Below are positions 1 to 40,400 of a stretch of 64,000 bases of DNA, piece after piece; the first letter of the stretch is position 1, and each line of letters begins with the position of its first letter. A program made the position numbers and the translations under genes. The DNA is from Octopus sinensis (taxonomy: Eukaryota): positions 19,530,001 through 19,594,000 of the forward strand of contig NC_043022.1 in NCBI RefSeq assembly GCF_006345805.1. The letters are read 5' to 3'. The notes under the pieces are model-generated. The model had not been told where the DNA came from and did no database searches. It saw only the letters and a program-made list of their open reading frames with translations.

Positions 1-161
1 AAACCGGTCATGACAGGGCCTCAGCATATCTGCAATCTAATAACCGAGAGGAATAAAAGGTAACGGATTTTTTTCTTTCGTCACATTAAATTTTCTTTCT
101 GTAATTAATTGGTGTATAGATTTGCAAATCGATTTCGTGACACTCAAGCAGTTAAAATAGT

Positions 162-27141
<26,980 letters not shown>

Positions 27142-28009
27142 CGTTGCTGCCGATTTTCGCGGATTATTACACTACGTAAATAAGAATGCAAAGCAGAAAT
27201 GTCTATTACCTCATTCACTCTCTTTATATCTCTTTACTCCTCTCTTACCCTCCTTTATCTCTCTTACTATCTTTTATCTCCCTCTCGTTCTCCTTCCTTT
27301 TTTATTTTTTTTATCAATGTTTAACTCTCTCACTACTCTTGCCTTTCTAGCTTCTGTGGTAAATTGCTCCTCCCCTTCTTTGCCTATTCGGTCATTACCG
27401 TTGCCGCGATAAACCAGTATCGCTACGCCTCTCACCACTGTTATTAACCACCACACCTCCTACAGTCTCCTCCACCATGCTCATACTGGTTATGGTGCAA
27501 CTTAGTGCATCGAAAGGTTACCCTCTGTTTAGTGCAGAAGCACGGATATGCATACTATACTTTGAACATAACAGTTACTCTAGCCACACACACAAACACA
27601 CACACGCACACACACACACAGACGTACACATGCACACACACAGACATATACACATATACACATACGCAAATAACTATATCTTATCACGCTCACACACATC
27701 TTCATATAATATATATATATATATATGTGTGTGTGTGTTTGGGAGGGCATGTGTGCATACACACGTATATATACATATATAATATACGACGGGCTTCTCT
27801 CAGTTTCCGTTTATCAAATTTGCTCTCAAGGCCTTGGTCAGTACGAGGCTATAGCAGAAGACACATGCCCAAGGGACAAACCCGGAATAATGTGATTGTG
27901 AAGTAAACTTCTTACCTCACAACAATACCTACGCTATATATAATATATACATATATAAATATACATACACAAATAACACACACAAACACACACACACAAA
28001 CACACACAC

Positions 28010-28060
<51 letters not shown>

Positions 28061-28096
28061 CACACACACATATATGTAAATAGATATACATATATT

Positions 28097-28134
<38 letters not shown>

Positions 28135-28524
28135 CATATATATATATTTACATACATACATGCATATATATATATGTATGTATGTATGTATGTATATATA
28201 TATAATATATATATATATATATAATATTTGTAAACAAACGCGGAATGCTTTGTAACTTACGGAGAGAAATCTGCTGTGGAAATTCTCATAGCATAACAAT
28301 AACTGTATAATAATATATCATAATACTATTTTATTCCCCGTTTTGAATTGACAATTTATAAATGCCAACAGATGACTGAAAAATGTTGAGCTAACGCCAT
28401 CCAGAATCGAACTAACAATACAACGCTAACACGGCTTCTTATGCATCCGATTGGGCCAAACGCTCACCCATCAATTTCAGTCAAATTGAGTGAATATATA
28501 CTTAAAAACTGTTTAATACTATAC

Positions 28525-28916
28525 ACTTTTACTCTCTTTTACTTGTTTCAGTCATGTGACTGTGGCCATGCTGGAGCACCGCCTTTAGTCGATCAAATCG
28601 ACCCCAGGACTTATTCTTTGTAAGCCTAGTACTTATTTTATCGGTCTCTTTTTGCCGAACCGCTAAGTAACGGGGACATAAGCACACCAGCATCGGTTGT
28701 CAAGCAATGCTAGGGGGACAAACACAGACACACAAACACATAAACACACACACATACATATATACGACAGGCTTCTTTCAGTTTCCGTCTACCAAATCCA
28801 CTCACAAAGCTTTGGTCGGTCCGAGGCTATAGTAGAAGACACTTACCCAAGGTGCCACGCAGTGGGACTGAACCCGGAACCATGTGGTTGGTAAGCAAGC
28901 TACTTACCACACAGCC
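28525..28916 (-). mobile_element. SINE-A
   Basis: Matches the family consensus. Confidence 0.88.
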
Positions 28917-29076
28917 AAATATTAGTAAAAAAATCCAGAAGGATTTGTAAGTTAGGCAGAGGAAGCTACTCCCACCTCAGCTTCTCCTCCTCCCACCCTA
29001 CCACCCGAAGCCCTTCATCCCCTATTCCCAATTCCTCAGTCCGCTCAGGTCTTATTGACACCATTACTTCTCATAA

Positions 29077-29108
<32 letters not shown>

Positions 29109-30118
29109 ATGTATATATATATTATATATATTATATTATATATATATATATATATATTATATATACCTGCTACATATGAGAAAAATTCTGTCTGTGGGTG
29201 TGTTTCTTTGTGGAGTTGTTAGCTAACTCCTTCGACATTGTTTTATCGATTTTGATGAAACGACACGTGAGTAGAACCCATGTCTGGAAACCTAGTGACA
29301 TACTTAGATTGTTGAAAAATCGATAATAGGGCCCCTGGAAGGGATTCTTATATCTACTACATATAACTAATATATCATTTTTCAACATCCAAGGGAGAAA
29401 TAACCCATTCACTCCTGGAAGGGATCCTTATATATAGCCAAGGGAAATAATCCATTCATCTTCGTAAATTATTTGATATAAGTCAAATTGAGTATGTTTA
29501 TTTCTTAGTATTTGAAATATTAGAGTTATTTTCGGAATTTATCCAGTACAACGCTTAAACAAGTAAATAGTACTTTCCTAAACAATAGATCCACTTATTT
29601 CGTTTAGTGACTTATTCACGAACATACCAACACTAGCACCGCTGAGGGTAATATTCTCTGGGAACGCACAAAAGCCCTTTTCAGAGTTATTTACTTTGAA
29701 TTGTTATTATCTCATATCTGATTAGCCTGTTATTACGTAATATGCTTCACGATTTTCGTATAGATAATTTATTAGTATTTCCTCCTAAGTTCTATATACT
29801 CTGGGAACGTATTAAATCCTTTTTCCGGGCTACTTTATTTGAATTCTTACTATCGGGTAATTAATTTTATGTTATTACATAACTGACTTCACAGTTTGGG
29901 TATTCATAACTTATTGGGACATCCTAAATACAAGATCCTATGTAAAACAGTTCGCTATTGTCTGTAAATACAAAAAATACTTTGTATTATTGTTACTGGA
30001 TTAGCGAAACAATTATGAGAACGCAAGCAAAGGTTAAGTCTAGCTTTCCCGGGAATTAACAGGTACGTCAGCTAGTATATGTGTATATTATATATGTATA
30101 TTATATATATATATTATA

Positions 30119-30158
<40 letters not shown>

Positions 30159-30225
30159 GCATACATATGCATGTAAATGTGAATATATATATATATATGC
30201 ATATACATACATTTACAGACACAAA

Positions 30226-30273
<48 letters not shown>

Positions 30274-32262
30274 CATATTTGTATTTATACGATGGTCTCC
30301 TATTAGCCGCAAGTTTCCTCCCAACTCAATACACTCGGATTTCTCTTTATAATATCGGTTTCAAAATTTTTCACAAGGCCAGCAGATTTGAAAGAATGGG
30401 AAGCTGATTACATCAATGTTCAACTGGCACTTATTTCATTGACTCCAACAGGATGAAAGGCAAAGTCTTCCCCGGCGGAATTTGAACTCAGAACATAATG
30501 ACGGACGAGATACCGCTAAGCATTTTGCTGGTGTGCTAACGATTCTGCCAATTCGCCGCCTTATCTCTTCGTAATATAACAGCAAACATTCCACCAAGGT
30601 CGAGTTTGCCTTTCGTCCCTTTCGGGTTGATAGAATAAGTACCTGTAGAGCAATGAGGTCGATGTTAATCGACTTAACCCCTCCTCCAATATTACTGGGC
30701 TTGCGCCAACATTTCAAACCAGTATTAAAGCAAACATTATACTTATCTATCAGATATCCACGCAACGCATTAACCATTACATTGCGTGTGACATGTACAA
30801 TAAAAGTTGATAGAAATCAACATGGGAACCTCTACCTGGTCATTTAGTAATAGCAGCCAGATCTCATATTATTCACTATCCAGATTACTATGTCGAATGT
30901 GAGGCTTACGTTTTCATATTGCTTTGCGTTACTCATGCATTATCTCTATATATCTATCTGTCTTAGTCACTCTCTCGCTCTCTTCCCTCTCTCTCTCTCT
31001 CCTCCTCCTCCTCTCTCACACGCACACATACTCTCTCCCTTTCTTCCCTCTCTCTCGTGTAATACCTTTTTATCTTGTTCTACTTTTCCTACTAAACAGT
31101 TCATTGCTCTTTGAATATATATCGTCATGCTGTACTCAAACAACTAACCTTGCACAACTGAAACACACTGTGTAGGCGAAGACACAATAAATAAATGAAC
31201 AAAGGAATGAATAGATAAATAAATATATTAAATAACCAAATTTCAGCTCAGACATCTTGTTTTCATTTCGAATTCTCTGAGTATTAATTCCAACAAGTCG
31301 GTCAATCTATATATGGTCCATTGACTCTATTTACAAAAAGTAAATGAATAAAATAGCAATAATGCTTCTTTGAAAAGTCCGAAATTTGTGTAGAGGGGAT
31401 TGTGGATTACAGCAACTTCATTGCTTGACTGATACTGTATTTTATCGACACCGAAAGGACGAAAGAATAAGTCGACCTCAGCAGGATTTGAACTCAGAAA
31501 AACGGACGACACATTAAATAATGTAACCCTCGATACATTGTGTCTGAATAAATAACAGAATAGACCTGGTTTCAACATATGTAATCATAACACTAACTCG
31601 ATCTGAGTCAACTAAAGGCTAAGGAAGCACAGCAGGATTTTAATTCGTAACATATATTTCTCAGTGCAGAGAAACTTTAAATAGGCTACAAAGTTTGTTT
31701 ATGTTATGATATGACTCAACATATTTGGCTCACAGGATGTATAAATTGTACATTGAGAAGATTCGTGGAGAGGTGTTGCAGTGATAGTGGAGTATGTAAT
31801 AGTAGTAGTGGTGCTTGTGGTAGTACTGGTGATGTTGATGGTACAGCAGGACCACGATGTTGATGGTAGACTAGGGCTGTGATATTTAATATTGGTTTCC
31901 AAATTTGGCACAAGGGCAGCAATTTCGGAGGAATGGGTAAGTCGATTACATTGACCCCAGTGCTCAACTGGTACATATTCTGCCGACCGTGAATGGATAA
32001 AAGGCAAAGTCAACCTCTGCGGAATTTGAACTCAGAACGTAAAGTCGGAAGAAATGTCGCTAAGCATTTTGCTCAGCACGCTAACAACTCCGACAGCTGG
32101 CCGCTGTGTTTTATATTGATATTGATAGAATATATGTGTGTGTGTGTGTACATACATACACACACACACACACATATATGTATATATGTATATAGAAGAC
32201 ACTCACTCAACTGCCACTCTATGGGACTGAATCCCAAACCACGTGGCTGGAAAGTAAGCGCC

Positions 32263-32673
32263 TGTAGTGATGCTACTGTGTAGGGTTCGGCGCGCATGCG
32301 CAGAATGGGACTACTTCCGGGTGGCCACCGGAAGTCTTCCCCATGCGCATGTGCGGGAAAACATCTCTCGAGCCCGCGAACCTCAAATCGCTCTCTCGGC
32401 TCAAGACAGCACTGCGATCGGTCACGGTTTTCCTGGCTCTGACAGCCACACACACTTCAACCAACTTCAACCAACCTCAACGACCCACCAGCAGTATCTC
32501 AGAGGCTGTCTATTCCCCCATCAGACAACGTACACCATGAATCAATAAACCAAGTTGTCTGTTCACCTTTAACCTGAGTTTCGTCTGTTTGTTTTCTGCA
32601 AGAATTTTGTATGTGACTAGAAAGGATCTCGACACCCTACCAGTGCTTCGATGATAGATCCTTTCACGTTACG
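32263..32673 (+). repeat. 5' LTR (411 bp)
   Basis: Starts TGTAGT, ends TTACG (CG instead of the usual CA). AATAAA at 32544-32549. Confidence 0.95.
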
Positions 32674-32675
32674 AT

Positions 32676-32685
32676 TGGTGACCCC
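32676..32685 (+). other. Primer-binding site, tRNA-Trp type
   Basis: TGGTGACCCC begins 2 nt after the 5' LTR and is complementary to the ...GGGGTCACCA 3' end of tRNA-Trp (from recall). Confidence 0.75.
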
Positions 32686-33054
32686 TAGTTGAGAAAAAGA
32701 ACAGGATAGAAAAAGACACAGCGAACAGGTTTTTTTGGGGCCGAAGAGCGCGGAAATTCACATTTATTTTCCTATTTTCTCCTTTTCAGCACGGCGAGGT
32801 GGGTCAAATAACCTTATTCATCGCACACAGTACAAAAAAAAAAAAAATGAAAGAAAATAGAAAACACACACACATTCATTTTTTTCCTTTTCTGTATTTT
32901 GTTTTCCTTGTACACACTTATTCCTTTTTTTTTGCTACCCACGAGGTGCACACACAAAACACAATTTTGAATTGCCTTCTCGGTTCCACGTGTTCTCTCT
33001 CCGTTCTCGACCATACCTTCTGCCCCCTTCTCACAGACTCCTTCCGACAAAGGC

Positions 33055-33790
33055 ATGGCTTCAGGTTTGCCTTCATTTACGGGGGTGCGGGGCTGTGGTT
33101 TGCACAGGTGGAATCACACTTTGCCGCGCATACCATTCCGCCACAACAGCAGTTACATCTACTGTTTTCAAGTTTGCCCTCCCGGCTCGCAACATCGGTC
33201 AGGGATCTCATTGTGAGTCCCCATCCTGACGCCACATATGCGTCAGTAAAGGCGGAGATCCTCCGTCGCAACACGCGCTCAGAGGAAAGTCAGTTTAATG
33301 AACTGATGGCCGACGAGCAGTTAGGGGACAGAACTCCATCCAATTTCTGCGCCATCTAAGAGAGCTAAGCGGCAACGCCGCTGACGCGCCGCTCTTACGT
33401 AAGATATTTTTCTCAAGGCTGCCTGCCCACGTGCAGACAATGTTGGCCACGGCACTGGATGCTGTGTCTGTGGACAAGATCGCCACGATGGCCGACAAAG
33501 TGTTGGAGTTTTCGCGCCCATCTCCCTCGCGGGGCCTGTACGCATGTACAGAGCCCCCGACACCTCCGACGAACGATAAACTGGCCGAGACATCGACGCG
33601 CTTACGCGGAGGATCAATGATCTGTGCCGTGTGCGATCGGACGCCAATCTCGTAGTCGCAGTAGCTCTATTTCCTGCAGTCGGAGTGACTCTGTTTCTCG
33701 TTCCGGCTGGTGCTGGTACCATTCGAGATATGCCGAAAAGGCAGATCGGTGTACCCAGCCGTGCACTTTCAAGCCCTCGGAAAACTAAAT
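33055..33790 (+). pseudogene. Gypsy gag, frameshifted in this assembly
   Basis: LWFAQVESHF...LGDRTPS, LLRKIFFSRLP, and C-terminal CWYH...RCTQPC are spread across different frames. Confidence 0.85.
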
Positions 33791-33839
33791 CCGGAGGAGG
33801 TGAGCACGTCACCTTCGTCCATCTCGTTTCCCAAACATC

Positions 33840-36800
33840 GTGCATTCTATGTAAAAGATCTGGTGTCGAAGACATTCTTCATGGTAGACACCGGCTCCTG
33901 TTGCAGCATCTGGCCCCTTCGTCTGGCTGCAGACAAGCCAAGCGCTCTTCGATTGTCTTGCATGCTATTGACTCGTCTCCCATAACCACTTACGGTCAGA
34001 TTTCGCTGCGCCTCAACCTCAACCTTCGTCGAGACTTTCGATGGGTTTTCGTCATCGCTGACATCCCGCATCCTATTCTCGGCGCTGATTTCCTGGATAG
34101 GTTTAACCTATTGGTGGATGTCAGGCGTCGGAGGCTTCTTGATAGCACGACGTCGCTCTCTACACCGACTGGGAGTTCCACCACTGCGGTCCTTAGCCCG
34201 ACATTCTTTGTTGCCACCTCTGGAGACCCTTTTCACTCTCTTTTGGTTTCATTTCCGGAGCTAGTGGACATTGCCTTTAAACCGGAAAACTACCCACTCG
34301 ACCCTCCATTCATCACCACCAATGGGCCACCTGTATTCTCACGCCCCGGCGCCTAGCGCCAGACCGACTTAAAACGGCCAGAGCCAGAGCAGAGTTGAGC
34401 ACATGCTTCAACTTGGCCTTATACGCCCCTCCACCAGCCCATGGGCATCTCCCCTTCATTTGGCGCGAAAGGGCGAGTCTGATTTTCGCCCGGTTGGAGA
34501 CTATCGACGCCTCAATGCCGTCACAATAGCCGATCGCTATCCGATTAGAAATCTCCGGGACTTTACAGCAAATCTCCATGGTTGTACCATTTTTTCGAAG
34601 GTCGATCTGATACGCGCTTACCACCAAATACCGGTCAACCCAGCCGACGTTCCAAAAACTGCAATCACTACCCCGTTTGGGTGGTTTTGAGTTTTTGTAC
34701 ATGAGTTTCGGTTTGCGGAATGCTACTAGCACCTTCCAGCGTTTCATTGATGAGGTTGTCCGCGGTCTTGATTTTGTGTTTGCCTATGTCGATGACATAC
34801 TCATTGCGAGCGACACACGAGAAAATCATCTCCGGCACCTTTCTCAACTCTTCCAGCGTCTTCGCGCGTATAGCATACGCATAAACCCCGACAAGTGTGT
34901 TTTCGGACGCTCTTCCCTAGATTTTCTAGGGCATCATATTGATTCGACTGGAATCAGCCCCCTCTCGTCAAAAGTCGATGCCATTCCATTCAACGCATCG
35001 CACCCCCACTTCCTTGCGCCAGCTCAGGCATTATCTAGGGATGGTCAATTCTACCGACGCTTCATTCCCGGTGTGCAGATAAGCTGCTACCTCTCACCAG
35101 GCTGTTAAAGGACTCTCCTAGAAAGGACAGTCAAGTCACCCTCTCTGTTGAGGCAGTGACAGCCTTTGAGTCCATTAAGAAGGAGCTGGCTTCTGTTTCT
35201 TTGCTTGCACATCCAGTTCCTGGTGCTTCTCTCTCTTTGACTGTGGACGCATCGGACACTGCGATTGGCGCTGTGTTACAACACACAGTGGATGACCATG
35301 TTCGACCTCTAGCCTTCTTTTCCCGTCAACTGCAACCAGCTGAACGACGATACAGCACCTTTGATCGTGAGCTCCTAGCGATCTATCTATCGGTTCGTCA
35401 TTTCCAGCATCAACTTGAAGGGCGAGATTTTGTGATCTATACGGATCACAAGCCCCTTACGTTTGCCCTGTTTTCAAAAACGGACAAACTCTCACCCCGT
35501 GCTTTTCGGCACCTGGATTTTATCTCTCAATTTACTAGCAACATTCGACACATACCTGGAAAAGAGAACGTTCCTGCTGACGCTCTCTCTCGCCTTCCAG
35601 TTTGCGCCCTTTCGTCTCCTGCTGCTATCGACTTAGCTGCCATATCGCAGGAGCAGCCACCTTTGGCGTCGTTAGATTTAACTTCTCCCAAGTTCTCCTG
35701 TTGCCAGTTTTCCTACCTTCCGCTTCCGTCAGCCGAAGGCACCATTCTTTGTGACACTTCAACTGGATCTCCCAGGCCACTGGTGCCTGAGACCCATCAA
35801 CGCTCAGTGTTTGAAGCACTGCACTCCTTATCACATCCTGGCATCGCTGCCACCCTCAAACTAATCACTGCTCGGTTTTTCTGGCCGAATATGCGTCGCA
35901 CAATTACTTCTTGGACACGCACCTGCTCCAAGTGTCAACGATCCAAGATTCAACGGCACGTTCGTGCCCCGCTTGGACAATTTCCCCCCACGGAGGCCCG
36001 TTTTCGCCATGTCCACATCGATCTGGTTGGACCATGGCCTGTGAGTCGCGGGTTCTCTTATCTATTAACTTGTGTCGATCGTTTTCTCCCGCTGGCCAGA
36101 AGCCATTCCGATAGCAGACATTTCTGCTGAGACTGTTGCGCGAGCTTTCGTTTCAAACTGGATTTCTCGCTTCGGAGTCCCGTCCCGATTGACAACTGAT
36201 CGTGGACGACAGTTTGAGGCCTCGCTATTTCGCGAATTGTCGCGAATTTTGGGTATGCACCATATCCACACCACAAGCTACCATCCAGCGTCTAATGGAT
36301 TGGTTGAGCGGTTCCATAGACAGCTCAAAGCCGCTCTTCGTGCCTCTTCGGACACAGTCCTGGATCGAATTTCTGCCCATTGTGCTTCTCGGCTGTCGGA
36401 CTGCTGTCAAGGCAGACCTGGGGTTTTCTGCTGCAGAGCTGCTGTATGGTACCACACTGGCATTGCCCGGTACGATGTTGGTGCCAGACACTTCCCCGCC
36501 CCATGATCCGGCGACCTATGTCACCAGACTGCGGGAATATTTTTCAAACCTTCCGCCCATGCTTCCCAGAAAGCAATCTCCACCGTCCCATCTTCCACCG
36601 GATATGAACACCTGGTCGCATGTTTTTGTTCGGGACGATTCTGTGAAGGGCCCACTTGTTTCTCCCTATAAAGGACCTTTTCGTGTGCTTTTCTCGCACA
36701 CCAAAGGTTTTCACGATTGAGATAAATGGTCGTTCGGAGACCGTTTCCGTGGACCGTTTAAAAAAGGCACATTTTGAGACGTCTTCATCTTTTGATGACA
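33840..36800 (+). pseudogene. Gypsy pol (protease, RT, RNase H, integrase), frameshifted in this assembly
   Basis: Protease VDTGS. RT SPWASP, DYRRLN, FSKVDL, YVDD. RNase H VDASD, DRELLA, TDHKPL. Integrase [34 protein letters not shown]. Confidence 0.93.
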
Positions 36801-37123
36801 ACCTTGACACACCCACCTATGCACCTTTAACAACACCTGTCACCTTGCACAAACGCCTTCACCTGCACAATCACCTTCACCGGCTCCTACAACACCACCC
36901 TCGCCGTCAACGGGTGCCCCGAGCACACCGTATGTTACAAATCGGGCAGAACAGTGCATTGGCCCAAGAAACTTTCAAAAACAATTTACATTTAACTTTC
37001 TTTAAAATGTTTCTTATGTATAATAGTATGTACCAAGTCTTCTGGGGGATCGGCAAGCCTTCTGTTTTCTGCAGCACCACCACAATATTCTGGTTGCCGT
37101 ACTTCGCACTCGGAGGGGAGCCC

Positions 37124-37538
37124 TGTAGTGATGCTACTGTGTAGGGTTCGGCGCGCATGCGCAGAATGGGACTACTTCCGGGTGGCCACCGGAAGTCTTC
37201 CCCATGCGCATGTGCGGGAAAACATCTCTCGAGCCCGCGAACCTCAAATCTCTCTCTTCGGCTCAAGACAGCACTGCGATCGGTCACGGTTTTCCTGGCT
37301 TGACAGCCACACACCAGCTTCAACCAACTTCAACCAACCTCAACGACCAACACCAGCAGTATCTCAGAGGCTGTCTATTCCCCCATCAGACAACGTACAA
37401 CCATGAATCAATAAACCAAGTTGTCTGTTCACCTTTAACCTGAGTTTCGTCTGTTTGTTTCTGCAAGAATTTTGTATGTGACTAGAAAGGATCTCGACAC
37501 CCTACCAGTGCTTCGATGATAGATCCTTTCACGTTACA
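37124..37538 (+). repeat. 3' LTR (415 bp)
   Basis: TGTAGT...TTACA, preceded by the polypurine tract GGAGGGGAG at 37112-37120. Confidence 0.95.
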
Positions 37539-38249
37539 CGCCTTATCACACAGCTACAACTGCTCCTATAATATACATTTGAGTGTGTGTCCGTGTCCAT
37601 ACCTATAAACGTGAGTGTGATTGCCCAGTTATGTATATGCGTATGTAAGCCTGTGTGTGGTATGTATATATAAATGTATACACATCACACACAGCTACAT
37701 TTGTCAGCTTTAATAGCCTGAGAAAAACTACTTTAAAAATTTTGCGGAATATATTTTTATCTACGACGCTGGTAGGTCTCTGTGAATACATATGACGTCA
37801 TTAAAAACATTTACGTAACCGAATCAAACTTGCATTTTTTTTTTGTTGGGTTTTTTTTTTTTCATTGAGTCAATTTTATATTTGTTTTCTTGCATGTGTT
37901 TATCTTGGTGCAAAGATAAAAACGTTTGTATTGGTTTGTGTATGAGTAGTTTGTGGTTTGTGCGTGCATTTATTTGTCTGTGGTTCGTATGTGTAAGCCA
38001 GAACTTGAAGTCGCTGTTAAACTTTTCTTTGTAAAAGTTAATGAATAACTACTGTGCAGAAAACGCATTGAATAACCCTTTTGTTGAATGTTAAAGTGTT
38101 TTTTATTTATAACTTGCCACAAAAACAGACTTTGCCATGTGTGTGTATACAAACACTGTCATGTTTCTATACACACACACACACACACACACACACATAC
38201 TCACACACACCGCACTTCCATTTTGGAGCATATTTATTCAGCGTTTCTA

Positions 38250-38890
38250 TGTTAATTGTCTGTATCGGGTTCTTGTTTGTACATTTTCTTGCTAGTTGTT
38301 TTGGCTCGCCAATTCTCGACATTTTCTTTTGACATTTTCTCGCTGTTTGAATCGCCCTCTGAGTAATGACCTCCTTGGCCGAGACTGCTGCTTCTTTTTC
38401 TACTTTTTTTCTCTCTTTAGGGGCCTTTGACTCCTCGGTCTCCTCCTGGGGATGCAAGCACTTGGACCTCAGGTGCCCCTTCTTCCCGCACCTGAAGCAC
38501 AGTGGCTTCCTCTCCTCCACATTCACCATTAACACTGTTTCCTCCCCAACATGAATCTAGCCAGGGAGACTTTCAAGGTCGCTGGGAGTCGCCTGTGCCA
38601 GTATTTCCAGAATCTGTCCCTTCTAGCTCTGTGGGGCATATCTGGAAATCTGGAGGAAGTTAATTTTATCCTCCCTTTGAAACAGCAACATGGCCACAAC
38701 CCATGCGACCTCTACTTCTGGTGGGATGTTCTTGATTCGAATCCGAGACGTTATGCGTCACAGATACAATGGCAGAAGTGTCATTTGCTTGTTTTGTAAA
38801 GTTCGAGTCGAACCTTGCCTCCGCTTTTGCGTACCCGGTACCTCGGGCCACATATGAGGCATATTTCGATAGGTCCTTCTTCAAAGTATT
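38250..38890 (-). pseudogene. Decayed retroelement ORF1/gag-like fragment with a CCHC zinc knuckle
   Basis: CFRCGKKGHLRSKC fits CX2CX4HX4C. The upstream frame is broken by stops and frameshifts. Confidence 0.7.
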
Positions 38891-39204
38891 CCAGTTTTGT
38901 ATTTACTATGTCATATGTCTTGTAGAATTATGGTGTTCTCTTTTTTTGTCGATAATTTCACTTGGGAGTGCAATAATGCAAGATTATAATTTATTCCGCA
39001 GTCTTCAAAATCATTCAAGTACTGGAGGAGTATTTTCTGTCATGGATAACGGAATTTTGGAAAAGGGGCCTTGCATGTCCACCAGATAGATGGAACAGTA
39101 TTCTAGAAAAGGAAGGAGAGTATATTTTAGATCAGAAACGAACTTTGTTTATCTTAATTTTGAAAAATAAAAGAAGCATAAAAAATCGCATTATTTATGC
39201 GATG

Positions 39205-39270
<66 letters not shown>

Positions 39271-39271
<1 letters not shown>

Positions 39272-39945
39272 CTTAATAAATAGGGTTCAGCAAAGATTTG
39301 CTTTACCACATACCGAAATTTAGAAATAGCAGCCAAAAAACGTTAGCTATTTCTTCTACTTTAAAAAGGGACTCCCAGAAAAACCAAATTACTTGAAAAC
39401 AATCACACAGGCAGAGAGGAAAAGTAACGAAAATCAATCAATATCTGGTCACCTATGGACGCGCGTTTCGGAATTAGGTTGGAATGAAGAATTTAGAATT
39501 ATACTTTACCAACCATTTTCCTCTTCAGCATAGGACCCCAGGATTCGAAGGTACTGGAATAATTGAACATATCTCTCAACCTAATGGTATCAGACAGATA
39601 ATATTCAATGCCAGCACCGCCGAATTCAAAACATGAATGAGATTCAATTACCCTCCCATGCCCGTCCTCGTGTGTCTACAAGTAAACTACTACAGAAAAA
39701 AATCTGTAGCTTGTTATCAGGGAGAAAATTCTATTATCAATAATAACAAAAGGTAAAATTAATTAATTAAGAATTAATCAATAATTTCACCAAGCAGAAT
39801 TCGGCATGAAAAAAGGACCATTTCATGGAAAACTTAAGTAATACTTAATGATTAGGGTTCAGCAAAGATTTGCTTTACCACATGCCGAAATTTAGAAATA
39901 GCAGCCAAAAAACGTTAGCTATTTCTTTTACTTTAAAAAGGGACT
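39271..39945 (-). mobile_element. Non-coding terminally redundant element carrying the hammerhead (retrozyme or Penelope pLTR-like)
   Basis: 93-bp direct repeats at 39281-39373 and 39853-39945 (period 572 bp), flanked by (TA)n. Confidence 0.7.
39447..39537 (-). ncRNA. Type I hammerhead ribozyme motif (family 1)
   Basis: CCUAUG-CUGAAGA-GGAAAAUGGUUGG..CCAACCUAAUUCC-GAAAC-GCGC-GUC-CAUAGG: full core, stems I to III, GUC triplet. Confidence 0.85.
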
Positions 39946-39948
39946 ATA

Positions 39949-39987
<39 letters not shown>

Positions 39988-40190
39988 AGAGTTTAGGAAA
40001 TAAATAAAAGACGAAGACAGGTGGTGTACAAAACAAACAGATGTATTAGTATAACGCTCAGGAATAGAAAAAGTCTTTTATGTTTCGAGCCTACGCTTTT
40101 CTACAGAAAGGGACACAGAAAAAAACAAGGAGAGAGAAAAATGTGTGTAGTGGCTAACGATCTATCATGGTGACATATAATATATATATA

Positions 40191-40400
40191 GTAGATGTAG
40201 CGGTCTTTAAATCAAAGCTGGACATCTTCTTGTCGAGAGTCCCAGATGAACCTACCTCACCGCAAGAGGTGCTAATGAGAGTAGCTATGTCAAACTCCAT
40301 TCTTCACCAAGTGCCACATATTAGAGGAGGTTCTTCGTAATAACAGTGTAGCACAAAACGGTGATGCATCAGCATGGCCACAGCTCTGAGCTGAAAAAAG

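Larger units (their letters stand above)
32263..37538 (+). mobile_element. Full-length Ty3/Gypsy LTR retrotransposon
   Basis: Two LTRs, TSD CGCC at 32259-32262 and 37539-37542, PBS, PPT, domain order gag-PR-RT-RH-IN. Confidence 0.97.

Noticed and set aside
32799-33054. N-terminal extension of the gag ORF
   Set aside because: Low-complexity A/T-rich leader starting at a non-ATG codon. Gag-like sequence begins near the ATG at 33055.
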